Below the pieces are notes generated by a model. It searched no databases. It was not told the origin of the DNA and worked only from the letters and a program-made list of their open reading frames with translations. The position numbers and the translations under genes were made by a program. Below are positions 1 to 9,746 of a stretch of DNA of 64,000 bases, piece after piece (position 1 is the first letter of the stretch; every line of letters starts with the position of its first letter). The stretch lies in the IMG/VR virus record IMGVR_UViG_3300026488_000015, positions 82,526 to 146,525 of that record. One strand, written 5' to 3'. The DNA comes from a virus.

Positions 1-10
1 AAAACTTATA

Positions 11-337
11 ATGGCAGCATTTAAGAATGATAAAGAAGAAGTGAAGAGAATTGCAGGTACATTAAAGAAAGAACAAGTGATTGACTTTTTGTTAAAATTA
101 GATATGGCAACGATACATATTGTTACTGGAACTATACACCGTATAGATGCTTGGACAGGATGGGATTTATCAGCGAATCTAAATGCTCTTGCTAAGAAAG
201 CAGAAAGTTCATTACATACATTTTATAAAGCTATGAAATCTGTAAAAGATTCGTTATTATCTGTGCTAGACGGCGATAAACAAAAAAGAATGATGAAATT
301 AGCAGATAAAATAGAAAATAATCTTCCAGATTTATAG
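11..337 (+). CDS. Hypothetical protein, possibly 5'-truncated by the window edge
   Basis: ORF track, 108 aa, converges on the endolysin; no recognisable motif. Confidence 0.55.
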   Translation: MAAFKNDKEEVKRIAGTLKKEQVIDFLLKLDMATIHIVTGTIHRIDAWTGWDLSANLNALAKKAESSLHTFYKAMKSVKDSLLSVLDGDKQKRMMKLADKIENNLPDL

Positions 338-355
338 GAAGATTATTTTACTGAG

Positions 356-805
356 CTAAGGCTTAACGAGTTCGAAATGCGGTAAATCATCAAAACTCTG
401 GTCTCTAAATGTATCATCTCCATCCCAATCTAACCCAAAACGAACCTTGTGATTAATGGCACCTTGAGCATATAAATCTTCTGATATTGCTTTAACCATA
501 CCCATCATCATATAAAATCTAGCATTGTCTTTAGTGTTATTACTAAAAGCATTTGAACCTTTCTTGTACGGCATAATATCTACTGCGTAAGAAAAACCAT
601 CACCTTTATCTTGATGTTTAGATTTCTTTTTGATACCATCAAGCTTTGAACGGCCTTCGTTAAATAACATTTGTTGTCGTTCTTCAGTTCTAAGACCTTC
701 GAGGACACTAAAATCGTAAAACTTAATGAGGACATTAAGAATTGCTTGAATGTCTTCGTGGCAAGTAACTAGTTGAGCTTCTGATTTTCTTCCAAAATTA
801 TACAT
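356..805 (-). CDS. Endolysin, M15-family L-Ala-D-Glu peptidase
   Basis: EGLRTEERQ, SKH...AVDI and D-x-P-H-F-E-L zinc-peptidase motifs. Confidence 0.9.
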   Translation of the reverse strand: MYNFGRKSEAQLVTCHEDIQAILNVLIKFYDFSVLEGLRTEERQQMLFNEGRSKLDGIKKKSKHQDKGDGFSYAVDIMPYKKGSNAFSNNTKDNARFYMMMGMVKAISEDLYAQGAINHKVRFGLDWDGDDTFRDQSFDDLPHFELVKP

Positions 806-813
806 ATTATCCT

Positions 814-1404
814 CTATTTTTTAAGTTTCTTTAAAAACTTTAATGATGGTAAGAATACCATTTCGATTGTCTTACCTCTTTTAGAAGCAGATACAGTAAA
901 TTCTTCTGTTTCAAATTCTAATTCGTTATAATCTTTATCAAGAATTTTCTCTTTCATACCACCTTTCTCTAAAGCAGCAGCAAGTTTCATTAACCAACCT
1001 CTTGGTGGTTTAGATACATCGATGAAAATTTCTTTAGCATCATCTGTGTCCATCCAAATCGGGTCATCTTTTCTTACTAATTTGTTTGTCTTACCAAAAT
1101 TCTTATTGATTGAATCAACAACTTTCGCTACAGATTCAGCAGGTAAAGAACCTACATCAGCACCTTCTGTTAGTGAAACTGACCAAGACTTTGTGTATTT
1201 TTTAAATTTAGTAGGAATTTCAATTATACTATCATCAGCATAACTCCAATCTTTGTCTTTTAAACCATATTGCTTAAGACTATCTATGAAATAGAAAAAG
1301 TCATCATTTTCTTGTTCTTGTCCATCTGAATAAGTGCCAATTAAGTCACTCACATTTACTTTTAATGTTTTCTCTTCATTTACGAATTTACTAAATTTTA
1401 TCAT
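814..1404 (-). CDS. Putative internal head protein with N-terminal capsid-targeting-like sequence
   Basis: Starts MIKFSKFVNEE; lies in a late-promoter operon. Confidence 0.65.
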   Translation of the reverse strand: MIKFSKFVNEEKTLKVNVSDLIGTYSDGQEQENDDFFYFIDSLKQYGLKDKDWSYADDSIIEIPTKFKKYTKSWSVSLTEGADVGSLPAESVAKVVDSINKNFGKTNKLVRKDDPIWMDTDDAKEIFIDVSKPPRGWLMKLAAALEKGGMKEKILDKDYNELEFETEEFTVSASKRGKTIEMVFLPSLKFLKKLKK

Positions 1405-1802
1405 TATGATTCTCCATTTTCGTGTTTAAATATTCTAATGTATGCTTTACCATCATTTTTCTTAGCGAACTCATTACTAGCACTAAAAGAAAATTCAGTA
1501 CCATCAGCAGTGAAAGTACCTTCTACATCTTCTGCTTTAGAAGCACTGTTTTGTTTGAATTTATATTTCTTTAAGAAATTTGTAAGTTCAACTTTTTGTT
1601 CATACGAAAATTCACCTTCAACAAACTGCCATAAATTGATACTTACACCATCCATACTACGAACTTTATCTTGTAGTTTACCTTTAGGTTTCATTCCAAT
1701 CTTTTTTAATGCTAGAACTATAACTGACTCAACAAAATCCCAATCATCATCTTTCTTTGGGCTAAAAAGACCTTCATTTACGAATTTACTAAATTTTATC
1801 AT
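1404..1802 (-). CDS. Putative internal head protein (CTS-like N-terminus)
   Basis: Starts MIKFSKFVNEG. Confidence 0.65.
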   Translation of the reverse strand: MIKFSKFVNEGLFSPKKDDDWDFVESVIVLALKKIGMKPKGKLQDKVRSMDGVSINLWQFVEGEFSYEQKVELTNFLKKYKFKQNSASKAEDVEGTFTADGTEFSFSASNEFAKKNDGKAYIRIFKHENGES

Positions 1803-1812
1803 TTTGTTTCTC

Positions 1813-2355
1813 CTATACCTTTATATTCCAAAAAGCAAAAACTAATTCTTTGCCGTTTGCATCTTTTGCCATTATTTCTGTATCAGCGTGTTTCTTATCG
1901 AGTTTTTGTTTTTGAACTGTAACAACTGTATCTTTAATAAGTTTTACATTTGTTTCGTATTCAAAATCAATCTTTTCGCCTTTCGCTAAAGTTACTTTTG
2001 TTTCGCCTTTAGTAATACTCTTCATAATATCTCTTGTATCAAAGAAAATTCCATTAGGGTTACCAACCCAATCTCTATTATGTTTGGCTTCTAACTTTCT
2101 CCACTCACTCCAAGGCATATTGATTGTTTTACCTGATTTATAATCAAGTAGTTCAATAGTTTCTTTTCCTAGTTTCGTCTTCTTATATAGTACATCGGGT
2201 ATTACTTTAGCACTTTCTGATTTACCAATAGTTACAGACTCGCCTACATCGTGTTCATCATAAATTGACATACTTCTATCTAATTTATTTTTGAACCAAG
2301 ACCAAAGACCTTCGTTTATATTGCTTTCTGATACGAACTCGCTAAATTTTATCAT
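1813..2355 (-). CDS. Putative internal head protein (CTS-like N-terminus)
   Basis: Starts MIKFSEFVSESNINEG; AGGAG RBS. Confidence 0.65.
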   Translation of the reverse strand: MIKFSEFVSESNINEGLWSWFKNKLDRSMSIYDEHDVGESVTIGKSESAKVIPDVLYKKTKLGKETIELLDYKSGKTINMPWSEWRKLEAKHNRDWVGNPNGIFFDTRDIMKSITKGETKVTLAKGEKIDFEYETNVKLIKDTVVTVQKQKLDKKHADTEIMAKDANGKELVFAFWNIKV

Positions 2356-2373
2356 TTTGTTTCTCCTATTTAA

Positions 2374-2676
2374 TTACTTTAATCTTACCCATATCATTTT
2401 AATATCTTCAACTTCTATATTAACGAACTTTTGGTCGTTCCCGTCCACAGCTTTAATGGGTTTCAAAGACCTGATATTTTTTTCGTCTCTTTCCGTAAAT
2501 ACTCTTGAGCTTTGGATGCTACCATCTTCATCTTTGTATTCTACTTCACCAAACCAGCCTGTCCCATCAGTAGTCATTACTTCTTTAAAACCATAGTTGT
2601 CCTTAGTCACTAAGTACATTTCTGATGCTTCATTTATTGCCTCATTGTCGTGAGTATATTCGCTAAATTTTTTCAT
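2374..2676 (-). CDS. Putative internal head protein (CTS-like); true start probably 2676 rather than 2703
   Basis: Internal Met gives MKKFSEYTHDNEAINEA, coupled to the stop of the upstream gene. Confidence 0.6.
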   Translation of the reverse strand: MKKFSEYTHDNEAINEASEMYLVTKDNYGFKEVMTTDGTGWFGEVEYKDEDGSIQSSRVFTERDEKNIRSLKPIKAVDGNDQKFVNIEVEDIKMIWVRLK

Positions 2677-3161
2677 TAGTCTTCTCCTTTTGTGTTTTTC
2701 CAATCTAAATTTAATTCTTCTGTGTATTCTTCTTGAACAAAGAAATCTATATCATCTAAATCTTCAATATCTAAAGTATTTATATCATAATCTTCTAAAT
2801 CGTAGCTTAATGTGATATGAGGAATGTAATCAGGGAAATCATAAGTACCATCGTATTCTTTCATAAGATATTCGTGTCTTGCTTTTAAATCAGGAGAATC
2901 TAACTGCAGTACAAGTACTTTTGTGTCACCCTCAAAGATTTTAAATGAGTGTAGTGGTGTATCGTATTGAACTTTTCCAGCTGACTCATAGCCCTCAAGC
3001 TTTGAACGGCTAAACATAATAGTTGTATGGTAATCTGTATTGATATTAGGAATATCGTTATCTTTACAGAATTCCTCTAAACCCTTTTCAACATCTTTCG
3101 AGAAGCGACCACCAACATAGGTACCTTTCTTCTCTTCATTACAAAATTCTGAAAATCTCAT
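2676..3161 (-). CDS. acb1: Acb1-like (T4 gp57B-type) 2H phosphoesterase, anti-CBASS nuclease
   Basis: Two HxT motifs (YHTTIMFSR, YIPHITLSY), GTYV...F start, LVLQLDS..L..RH and L.LDW end, all matching T4 57B as I recall it. Confidence 0.85.
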   Translation of the reverse strand: MRFSEFCNEEKKGTYVGGRFSKDVEKGLEEFCKDNDIPNINTDYHTTIMFSRSKLEGYESAGKVQYDTPLHSFKIFEGDTKVLVLQLDSPDLKARHEYLMKEYDGTYDFPDYIPHITLSYDLEDYDINTLDIEDLDDIDFFVQEEYTEELNLDWKNTKGED

Positions 3162-3481
3162 CTATAACCCTTTTTATTGATATATTCTATTGTAGTATCA
3201 GTTAATTTTGTTTTAATAGTATAGTACCAATTATCGTAAACTTTCGATTCAGAAGTCTTCTCTATTTCCCAATCAATGTCGGGGAATTGTTTGCTTAATC
3301 TTCTCATATCTTTAATTACTACTTCAGACATATCGGTTCCATCACCTACAAGGTATTTCCCTTTTATGCTCCAAGAACCTACAATATCCGTAACTAGTCT
3401 TAAAATACTAGCAGTTTTATCATCTAATTTTGCTTTCTTACTAAATAATCCTTCCTTTATTAATTCGCTAAATGATTTCAT
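3158..3481 (-). CDS. Putative internal head protein (CTS-like)
   Basis: Starts MKSFSELIKEGLFS. Confidence 0.6.
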   Translation of the reverse strand: MKSFSELIKEGLFSKKAKLDDKTASILRLVTDIVGSWSIKGKYLVGDGTDMSEVVIKDMRRLSKQFPDIDWEIEKTSESKVYDNWYYTIKTKLTDTTIEYINKKGYR

Positions 3482-4143
3482 TAGTGTTTCTTTCCATTAA
3501 TCGTTTTGATTTGCCAATCAGTAATAACTGGTTCTCTACCTTTAGTAAATCTTTGAGCAAGATAAGGGTCAATTTTAGCATCATAATCGATTTTAAACAT
3601 TTTAGAACCGTTATCAAGTGTAATGTCAATGATAGTACCACCTAGCTCCATACTTCTGTATGTGAACATAACATAGTCGCCTACTTTAGGTTTTGTTGAT
3701 TCAGTTACTTCAACTTTTTCTTCTTCCTTTTCAGGTTTCTCTTCATCTTTTACTTCCTTCTTCTCAGGTTTCTCTTCTTTTTTCTTAGGCTTTTCTTTCT
3801 TCTCAGGTTTCTCTTCAGGAACTTCTTCCTCTTCTGGCTCAGGCTCTAATTCAGCATCTTCACCTTCTTCAGTCTCTACATCAGCAATATTATCAGCTAT
3901 GAACTGTCCCATTTCTGCACTTAAATCGTGTAGTTTTGCTTCCATATCTAAGATGTTAGCTCTAAGAGGATTATCCTCTCTCATAACTCCTAATACACCT
4001 AAAAGTGATACATTAGCTATACTCGCTTGAATTTCTTTCATCGCTGCTAGAGCCTCGTAACGAACTGCGTTTTCTGTTACTTCTGTTTCTGGAATGATTT
4101 CTACTTTTGATTTAACACCAAGATGGTCTTTGAATGATTTCAT
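3481..4143 (-). CDS. Late Glu/Lys-rich protein, possible prohead core/internal protein
   Basis: MKSFKDHL start, E/K/P low-complexity linker, VTE motifs, first gene after late promoter. Confidence 0.5.
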   Translation of the reverse strand: MKSFKDHLGVKSKVEIIPETEVTENAVRYEALAAMKEIQASIANVSLLGVLGVMREDNPLRANILDMEAKLHDLSAEMGQFIADNIADVETEEGEDAELEPEPEEEEVPEEKPEKKEKPKKKEEKPEKKEVKDEEKPEKEEEKVEVTESTKPKVGDYVMFTYRSMELGGTIIDITLDNGSKMFKIDYDAKIDPYLAQRFTKGREPVITDWQIKTINGKKH

Positions 4144-4165
4144 ATGGTTCTCCTAACTTTATTGA

Positions 4166-4173
4166 TATTTATA
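4166..4173 (-). promoter_or_regulatory. T4-type late promoter TATAAATA
   Basis: Exact match about 20 nt upstream of the internal-protein/endolysin operon. Confidence 0.75.
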
Positions 4174-4450
4174 GGAGATAATGAGGGTGGAATTCTATGA
4201 GTATTTTTTTGAATGAGGGGAATTTTATTAGGTTATGCAATGATGTGTATATGTATTCTCCAGTGAATACGCCTTCGTTTGAGTATTCTTTAGTGTGGAA
4301 TGAACCCCAAGAGTCTTCGTTTAAGTAGTTTTTAAGGATATTTTCGTATGAGTGGTATTTTATTTCATTCTGCCATTTTATAGAGAAAATATGATGGACT
4401 CTTCCTTCCAAATCAATCACGAAAGGAAAACCAAAAGAGTCTTTATTCAT
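4169..4450 (-). CDS. Hypothetical protein with C-terminal PHxxL tag
   Basis: Ends FHPHYLL. Confidence 0.65.
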   Translation of the reverse strand: MNKDSFGFPFVIDLEGRVHHIFSIKWQNEIKYHSYENILKNYLNEDSWGSFHTKEYSNEGVFTGEYIYTSLHNLIKFPSFKKILIEFHPHYLL

Positions 4451-4919
4451 AACGAGATTCGCCGTTCCGTTCTACTAGGATAGGTACTGGTGCTATGTCA
4501 AAATTGAATGCACAAGTGTCACCACATTTGTTGCAAGTGTATCTTACTAAATCTGTATCAGTACAATCTGCTTGGTCGTTGAGTGGGTCGCCACATCCGG
4601 GGCATTTACATACGCAACCACACTGCTCTAGTATTTTTTCTTCTCTACTCTTCTCTAGGCGGAACAGCTTTCTTATGATTCCTAATAACATATTTGCCTC
4701 CTTCTTTGACTAAATATTTATTTAATATTGTTGTTTCTTGTACTGAAATATTTCTCCAATGGCCACCTTGACTATCGTATAAAAATTCTTGGATTGTAGA
4801 ACATTTCTCGCATATTCTATGTGATGGATAAAAACTATCGTATGTTTCATCAAGATATGTCCTTGAGATTACTTGATTTACTTCCACCCATTTATGGAAT
4901 TGATACCATTTACATTTCA

Positions 4920-5273
4920 TTATTCTAGCCAATCAGATATTAAATCAGTTGTTTTATCTGTATTTTCTGCTTTGAAATAACAGATTGCCTCTACCGTTGT
5001 ATTCTCAAATTCTACCTCGATAACGCCTCTAGTATATAAATCAGGCACATCTTCAAATCTATCCAATTCAATAAGCTGTTCTTCGGTTACTTCGTACAGT
5101 TCGCCTTGAATAATATTGCCTTCTTGAGGTCTATCCTCTAAGAAAGGGAAATACCAACGGCTCTTATACATAGGGTAAGGTACTGTCGTTTCGCAAGGAA
5201 ACAAGAACTTGCTATGGTTGTAGTGGTTATTTCTGCAACCTTGTTTGAGTGTTCCATATACAAATAATTTCAT
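4920..5273 (-). CDS. Gamma-glutamylcyclotransferase (GGCT/AIG2-like) family protein
   Basis: LFVYGTLK, GELYEV, LDRFE..P.LY motifs. Confidence 0.88.
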   Translation of the reverse strand: MKLFVYGTLKQGCRNNHYNHSKFLFPCETTVPYPMYKSRWYFPFLEDRPQEGNIIQGELYEVTEEQLIELDRFEDVPDLYTRGVIEVEFENTTVEAICYFKAENTDKTTDLISDWLE

Positions 5274-5323
5274 TTTATTCCTTAATTTTTAATATAATAT
5301 TATAACATAAAGTAGCTTAATGG

Positions 5324-5881
5324 CTACTTTATTTCCGAAAGAATGACTTCATTTACTTTTTTATTGTACTCTGAATCAGTCTTGTAGTGTTTTGCTACTA
5401 TAAATCCATTATAACGGTGTTCTGTCGTGATAGTAAATTTTGAAACATCAGTCATCTTAGCTAATCGTTGTGCTTCTCCTTTAGGGAAGAAAAAGGTAAC
5501 AGTTTTATTGCCATCGATTACTGCATCCATATGATACTGTGAACCCATCTGATACACTTTTACTTTTGTTGGTGTATGTACTTCTGTGTAATGCTCAAAA
5601 ATAAAGATTCTAGGAAATAGATAGAATGCTATAGTAAGCACAACAAATGCTATAGATTGCATCATCAATGCTAAAGCCATATTCGCCTGTTCATCTGTTA
5701 TATCAAGCATTTGAGCAAAGATAAAGAAAAATGTAGCAAATACCCAAAACACTAAATTAAATCCAATTACACTTAACCAGATACTATACGAATCACCTAA
5801 ATAAATGTATATACCAAGACCTACGAACCATATCAACGGGTACAGACCAAATCTGTATAAATTTTCTATATTTGTTTTCAT
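5324..5881 (-). CDS. Membrane protein, about 3 TM segments
   Basis: Hydrophobic N-terminal half. Confidence 0.6.
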   Translation of the reverse strand: MKTNIENLYRFGLYPLIWFVGLGIYIYLGDSYSIWLSVIGFNLVFWVFATFFFIFAQMLDITDEQANMALALMMQSIAFVVLTIAFYLFPRIFIFEHYTEVHTPTKVKVYQMGSQYHMDAVIDGNKTVTFFFPKGEAQRLAKMTDVSKFTITTEHRYNGFIVAKHYKTDSEYNKKVNEVILSEIK

Positions 5882-6245
5882 CTTCTTCCTTTCTTCCTTT
5901 TTGTATTAGCCAATCCACAGAAGCTATTTGCTTCAATAACTATTAAGAGTATCATTAATCCAGTAAATATCGAACCTTCTAATAATGACATTTAGTGCTC
6001 TCTTATTTCGAAACCAGGGTTAATGACTCTCATTGCATCTTGTAAGTTATCCAGGATTGCTGCTTTTTTATTAACTTCTGTTACTAAGGCCAAATCTCTT
6101 GGTGAACTGAAACCGTCTTCAGGTACCATATTTTTAATCTCGTGATATAGTTCATTAATCAATCTATAAAGTCGTTGTTCTGTATCCATCTTTCTATCCT
6201 TTGTTTGATATGTAGTATTATAACATAAAATACCTTATAGATACC

Positions 6246-6572
6246 TTAAAGTACTAAATGTGGATTTTCTTTATAATAATCTCTTATGTCAAAAGAGAAC
6301 TCATTCTTAAAGAAATCCTGAAATTCTGGTAGATATTCAGAATATTCATCAAAATATCTATCCGTAAATATTTCTTGGAATGCCTTCGACATTTCGGTAA
6401 TAGGACCAGTACCACCAATATCCATTAATTCTATTCTCGAATACCATAGCGAATAGAACCTATTCAATGAAGGAGATACAATCAGTTCAAAATCAGGAAC
6501 ATCTGAAACATCATTAGCAAAACATTCTTGTATTAATTTATCGGTCTCTTTTGTTTTGCCTTTAAGAATCAT
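6246..6572 (-). CDS. Hypothetical protein with PHxxL tag
   Basis: Ends KENPHLVL. Confidence 0.65.
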   Translation of the reverse strand: MILKGKTKETDKLIQECFANDVSDVPDFELIVSPSLNRFYSLWYSRIELMDIGGTGPITEMSKAFQEIFTDRYFDEYSEYLPEFQDFFKNEFSFDIRDYYKENPHLVL

Positions 6573-6829
6573 TACATTCTACGCTACAAATGGATTAGAT
6601 AGGCTTATAGCATTCTCTGTTTGAAAATAGTATGAAATATCTCCGACTACAATACCCGCTAAAAATATCATTATGATTGCTTGGACGATGACACCACCAA
6701 CACCAGTCCCATCTTGTTTAAATATCATAAATACAGCAATAACGAATAAAGCTAACTGTGCTGCTAATACAAACTGTGTTCCCACTATAATTCCCGCCAC
6801 AAAAACCCCTATCGTAAGTATGAATTCCA

Positions 6830-7990
6830 TTATAGACCCTCTACGAATTCTTTTGCTTTACCTAAAGAGTTGGTTTGTTTTTCGATGTGCTCTTTAACCA
6901 TTTTACCCGCAGTTTGTTCTACATCACGAAATGATGTGTTAAGTGACTTCATAACACCACCAAATAATGGTTCGTTTCTATATTTTAAAGCGAATTCTTT
7001 TCTGTTTTCATCAAAATCTTGGAAATACTTTCTTCTTAGTTCTTTAAAAGCAACCACTTGATGATTATAATAATGAGAAACTTTTTCTTCCATTTCAATA
7101 ATCATATCTTTTTTAGGACCTTGTACTAATTGAGCTATAACATCATCGATATTACCATCTAAGATAGTCTTCACTAAAAGATTCTCTCTAAATGCATCAG
7201 GACCAACTAAACCGTGTAATTGGATATAGTGGTCTGTTTTGATTTTTGCCATTTGACCATCTTCAAAAGTAACTACCCAACCTTCGATGTTTGCTTGTGA
7301 AGTTTCTTTGAGTCTTAATAAACCATCGAGTGCTAGATTTTCATTTGGGAAGATTTTAAAGTCTTCAGTCACATTAATATTGAAAATATCAGCTAAAGAT
7401 TTCATTTCTAATTTCTCTAAATAACTTCCATCATTTCTTCTAACTTGTAGTAGTGTCAAAGCATTAGCTACTTCATAATTTAGTACAATTTGATTTTCAA
7501 ATCCAACTAATTCAAAGATTGGAGTAAAATCTCTAATATTACATTCAGTAATAAAATGTTGGAATTCTCTGCTAGTATCATAGATATTTTGTGCCATTAC
7601 AGCTTGTTCTGAAATAAATGACATTTTAGATTTAGCTCTAACTTTGCTATTCGGGAACTCAACAAAAGAGATAACTGAACCGTCTTCTTTATTTTGTACA
7701 CGAGCAACTTTCTTACCTTGTAAATCTTCTGGCATCCACCCTAAAGTTTGACCATAATTGAAGAATTTTTGCATTAAAAGATTTCTTTTCCAAGTGCCAT
7801 CTGGTTGTTCAATGAATGTTAAACCTCTAAGTTCAAATGCTTCATCATTTGCGAAATCAGAAATTGATGCAAGGCGATAATCATACATTACTACATTAAC
7901 ACCTTCAACTTCTCGTTCTGCTTTAATAAATGCTTCATTACGAGCAACAATTTCATCACATTCTTGTTTTGTTTTTAAATAAAATTTCAT
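6830..7990 (-). CDS. rnlA: RNA ligase 1 (T4 RnlA-like)
   Basis: ELRGLTF, KFFN, KEDGS (motif I), FEL, EGWVV, KIKT..Y. Confidence 0.9.
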   Translation of the reverse strand: MKFYLKTKQECDEIVARNEAFIKAEREVEGVNVVMYDYRLASISDFANDEAFELRGLTFIEQPDGTWKRNLLMQKFFNYGQTLGWMPEDLQGKKVARVQNKEDGSVISFVEFPNSKVRAKSKMSFISEQAVMAQNIYDTSREFQHFITECNIRDFTPIFELVGFENQIVLNYEVANALTLLQVRRNDGSYLEKLEMKSLADIFNINVTEDFKIFPNENLALDGLLRLKETSQANIEGWVVTFEDGQMAKIKTDHYIQLHGLVGPDAFRENLLVKTILDGNIDDVIAQLVQGPKKDMIIEMEEKVSHYYNHQVVAFKELRRKYFQDFDENRKEFALKYRNEPLFGGVMKSLNTSFRDVEQTAGKMVKEHIEKQTNSLGKAKEFVEGL

Positions 7991-8545
7991 TTCTTATCCT
8001 TCTTTTGTTCGTATGATATAATCATCTTGAATTATTTTAGTAAATTCTTTAATAGCTTTAATTTCTTTCTTGTATGGTATAGTGTTATTCAAATCTATCA
8101 TAACATCTTTAAGCGAAATTAGCAGATTTGTTTTGGTTGTTATTTGTTTATTACAAATTCTATCCATATTACTATAAATTTTGAAGCATTCTATTATAAA
8201 GGCCTCAATATTATCAGCACTTCTAAAAGACTTATCAGTTAAATTAAGTTTATTCTTTATAGTGTTAAACAATAATTGGCTTTCGCAGAATGAAGAGAAA
8301 TTATTCATCTAGTATCCCTTCTTTGACTAATGCATCTAATTCTTTTCTTAAATTAGGCATCAATCTTTTCATCTTTCTAATATTTTCTGCGTGTCTTACC
8401 GTAGAAAATAATGTACATTCTTTGTCTGAATATTTCTCGTTCAGGCTTTCTTTAAGTTCATTAATTTCTATTAGTACATCAGAAAATTCTGAATCTGTTA
8501 ATGACAATAAATCTTCTTTCGTATAATTCATTTCTTATCCTTCTC

Positions 8546-8581
8546 TCTTTATATGTAATATTATAACATAAGTAACCTTAA
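8546..8581 (-). promoter_or_regulatory. Representative copy of the phage early promoter family (about 35 copies, all minus strand)
   Basis: Minus-strand consensus TTAAG-N~8-TGTTATAATATTACATATAAAGA followed by an AAGGA RBS. Copies near 5300, 6220, 8560, 8980, 9780, 11930, 12180, 14670, 15440, 15900, 16270, 17575, 21170, 22665, 23765, 25170, 27490, 28810, 30965, 32380, 32970, 37165, 39555, 40280, 43025, 45780, 46150, 46925, 50235, 51925, 53630, 55405, 56715, 61405, 63735. Confidence 0.85.
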
Positions 8582-9020
8582 GACCTTCTTAATTTCCAGT
8601 CCGACCACTCTCAGGTTCTACACCTCTTCTACGAGGCATTTGTTTTGCTATTTGTAATGCTGTTAATTTCATTTTCTTATCCTTTATTAGTATAATTGTT
8701 CATTTCATTAATGGATTTTTCTACTAAGATTCTTAAATATTTTGTCTTTTGTTCGTAAGCCTCTTTAGGGGAAGTACCAAACATATTCCAACGGTCATCG
8801 CACTTTAATTGATTGCTTGATGCTTTTATCGTATCTCCGAATTGGTCGATTAGTAAAAAATAACCTCTTAAACCACCATCAAAACTTTTAATAACTTCTA
8901 ATGCTTCTTTTGGATTATCTCTGTGGTAAAATATCTTTTTTAACATTTTTAGTCCTTATCTCTCTTTATATGTAATATTATAACATAAGTAACCTTAAAA
9001 GTAGATTAAGATTATATCAT

Positions 9021-9746
9021 TTATGCATACATTTTGATGTGATTGATTACATCTTGATTATTGTATTGACCCATTTTAAATCTACCTAATGCTGAATTTA
9101 TTATCTCGACATTCGTTAAAGACTTAAACTCTTCTTTTGTAAGAATTGCTTTAAGCATTCTGAAAACTTTCATATCTTTTTTAACAAGACCAAAATGAAC
9201 CTTCTCACCAAAGATGGCATTCATACACTCATATCTATCTGAATACATATTTTTGATAAGATTCAATCTTTTTTCAAGTGAGTATTCTTTAATTCTATTA
9301 GTCATCTTTTTACTAATATCAGCATTAACCTCGACAATAACTGGTGAAGTTTTATAAGAAGTGTTCATAGGTTTTAAATTAAGAGGTGTAGCAACAAGTG
9401 TATGTGCTAATTTAGATAATCTGTCAGCATCTTCATTGAACTCTCTAGGAATCCAATTCAATGTGATGTTAAGACCTTTTGCTAATGTAGATGAAACACC
9501 TTTAGCAGCAACACCTCTATTATCTGTGAATAAATGAGCAGATTCAATATTTCTATCTCTCATATATGTAAGAGTCTTTACTAATGCCATCGTTTCCATA
9601 AGTTCTGAATTATTTTGTGCTTTCGTTTTGTAAGGTAATTCATATCTGATATAGATTTCTTCTTTCGTGTCAAAGTTATAGATACCTATACCACAAAAAC
9701 CTTCGTGGTAACTAGCATCGAAACAGATTTTAGTTTGAGTACTCAT
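9021..9746 (-). CDS. RNase HI-like domain protein with C-terminal extension
   Basis: FDAS, E..AL, LFTDN, WIPREFNEDADRLS acidic catalytic pattern. Confidence 0.75.
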   Translation of the reverse strand: MSTQTKICFDASYHEGFCGIGIYNFDTKEEIYIRYELPYKTKAQNNSELMETMALVKTLTYMRDRNIESAHLFTDNRGVAAKGVSSTLAKGLNITLNWIPREFNEDADRLSKLAHTLVATPLNLKPMNTSYKTSPVIVEVNADISKKMTNRIKEYSLEKRLNLIKNMYSDRYECMNAIFGEKVHFGLVKKDMKVFRMLKAILTKEEFKSLTNVEIINSALGRFKMGQYNNQDVINHIKMYA

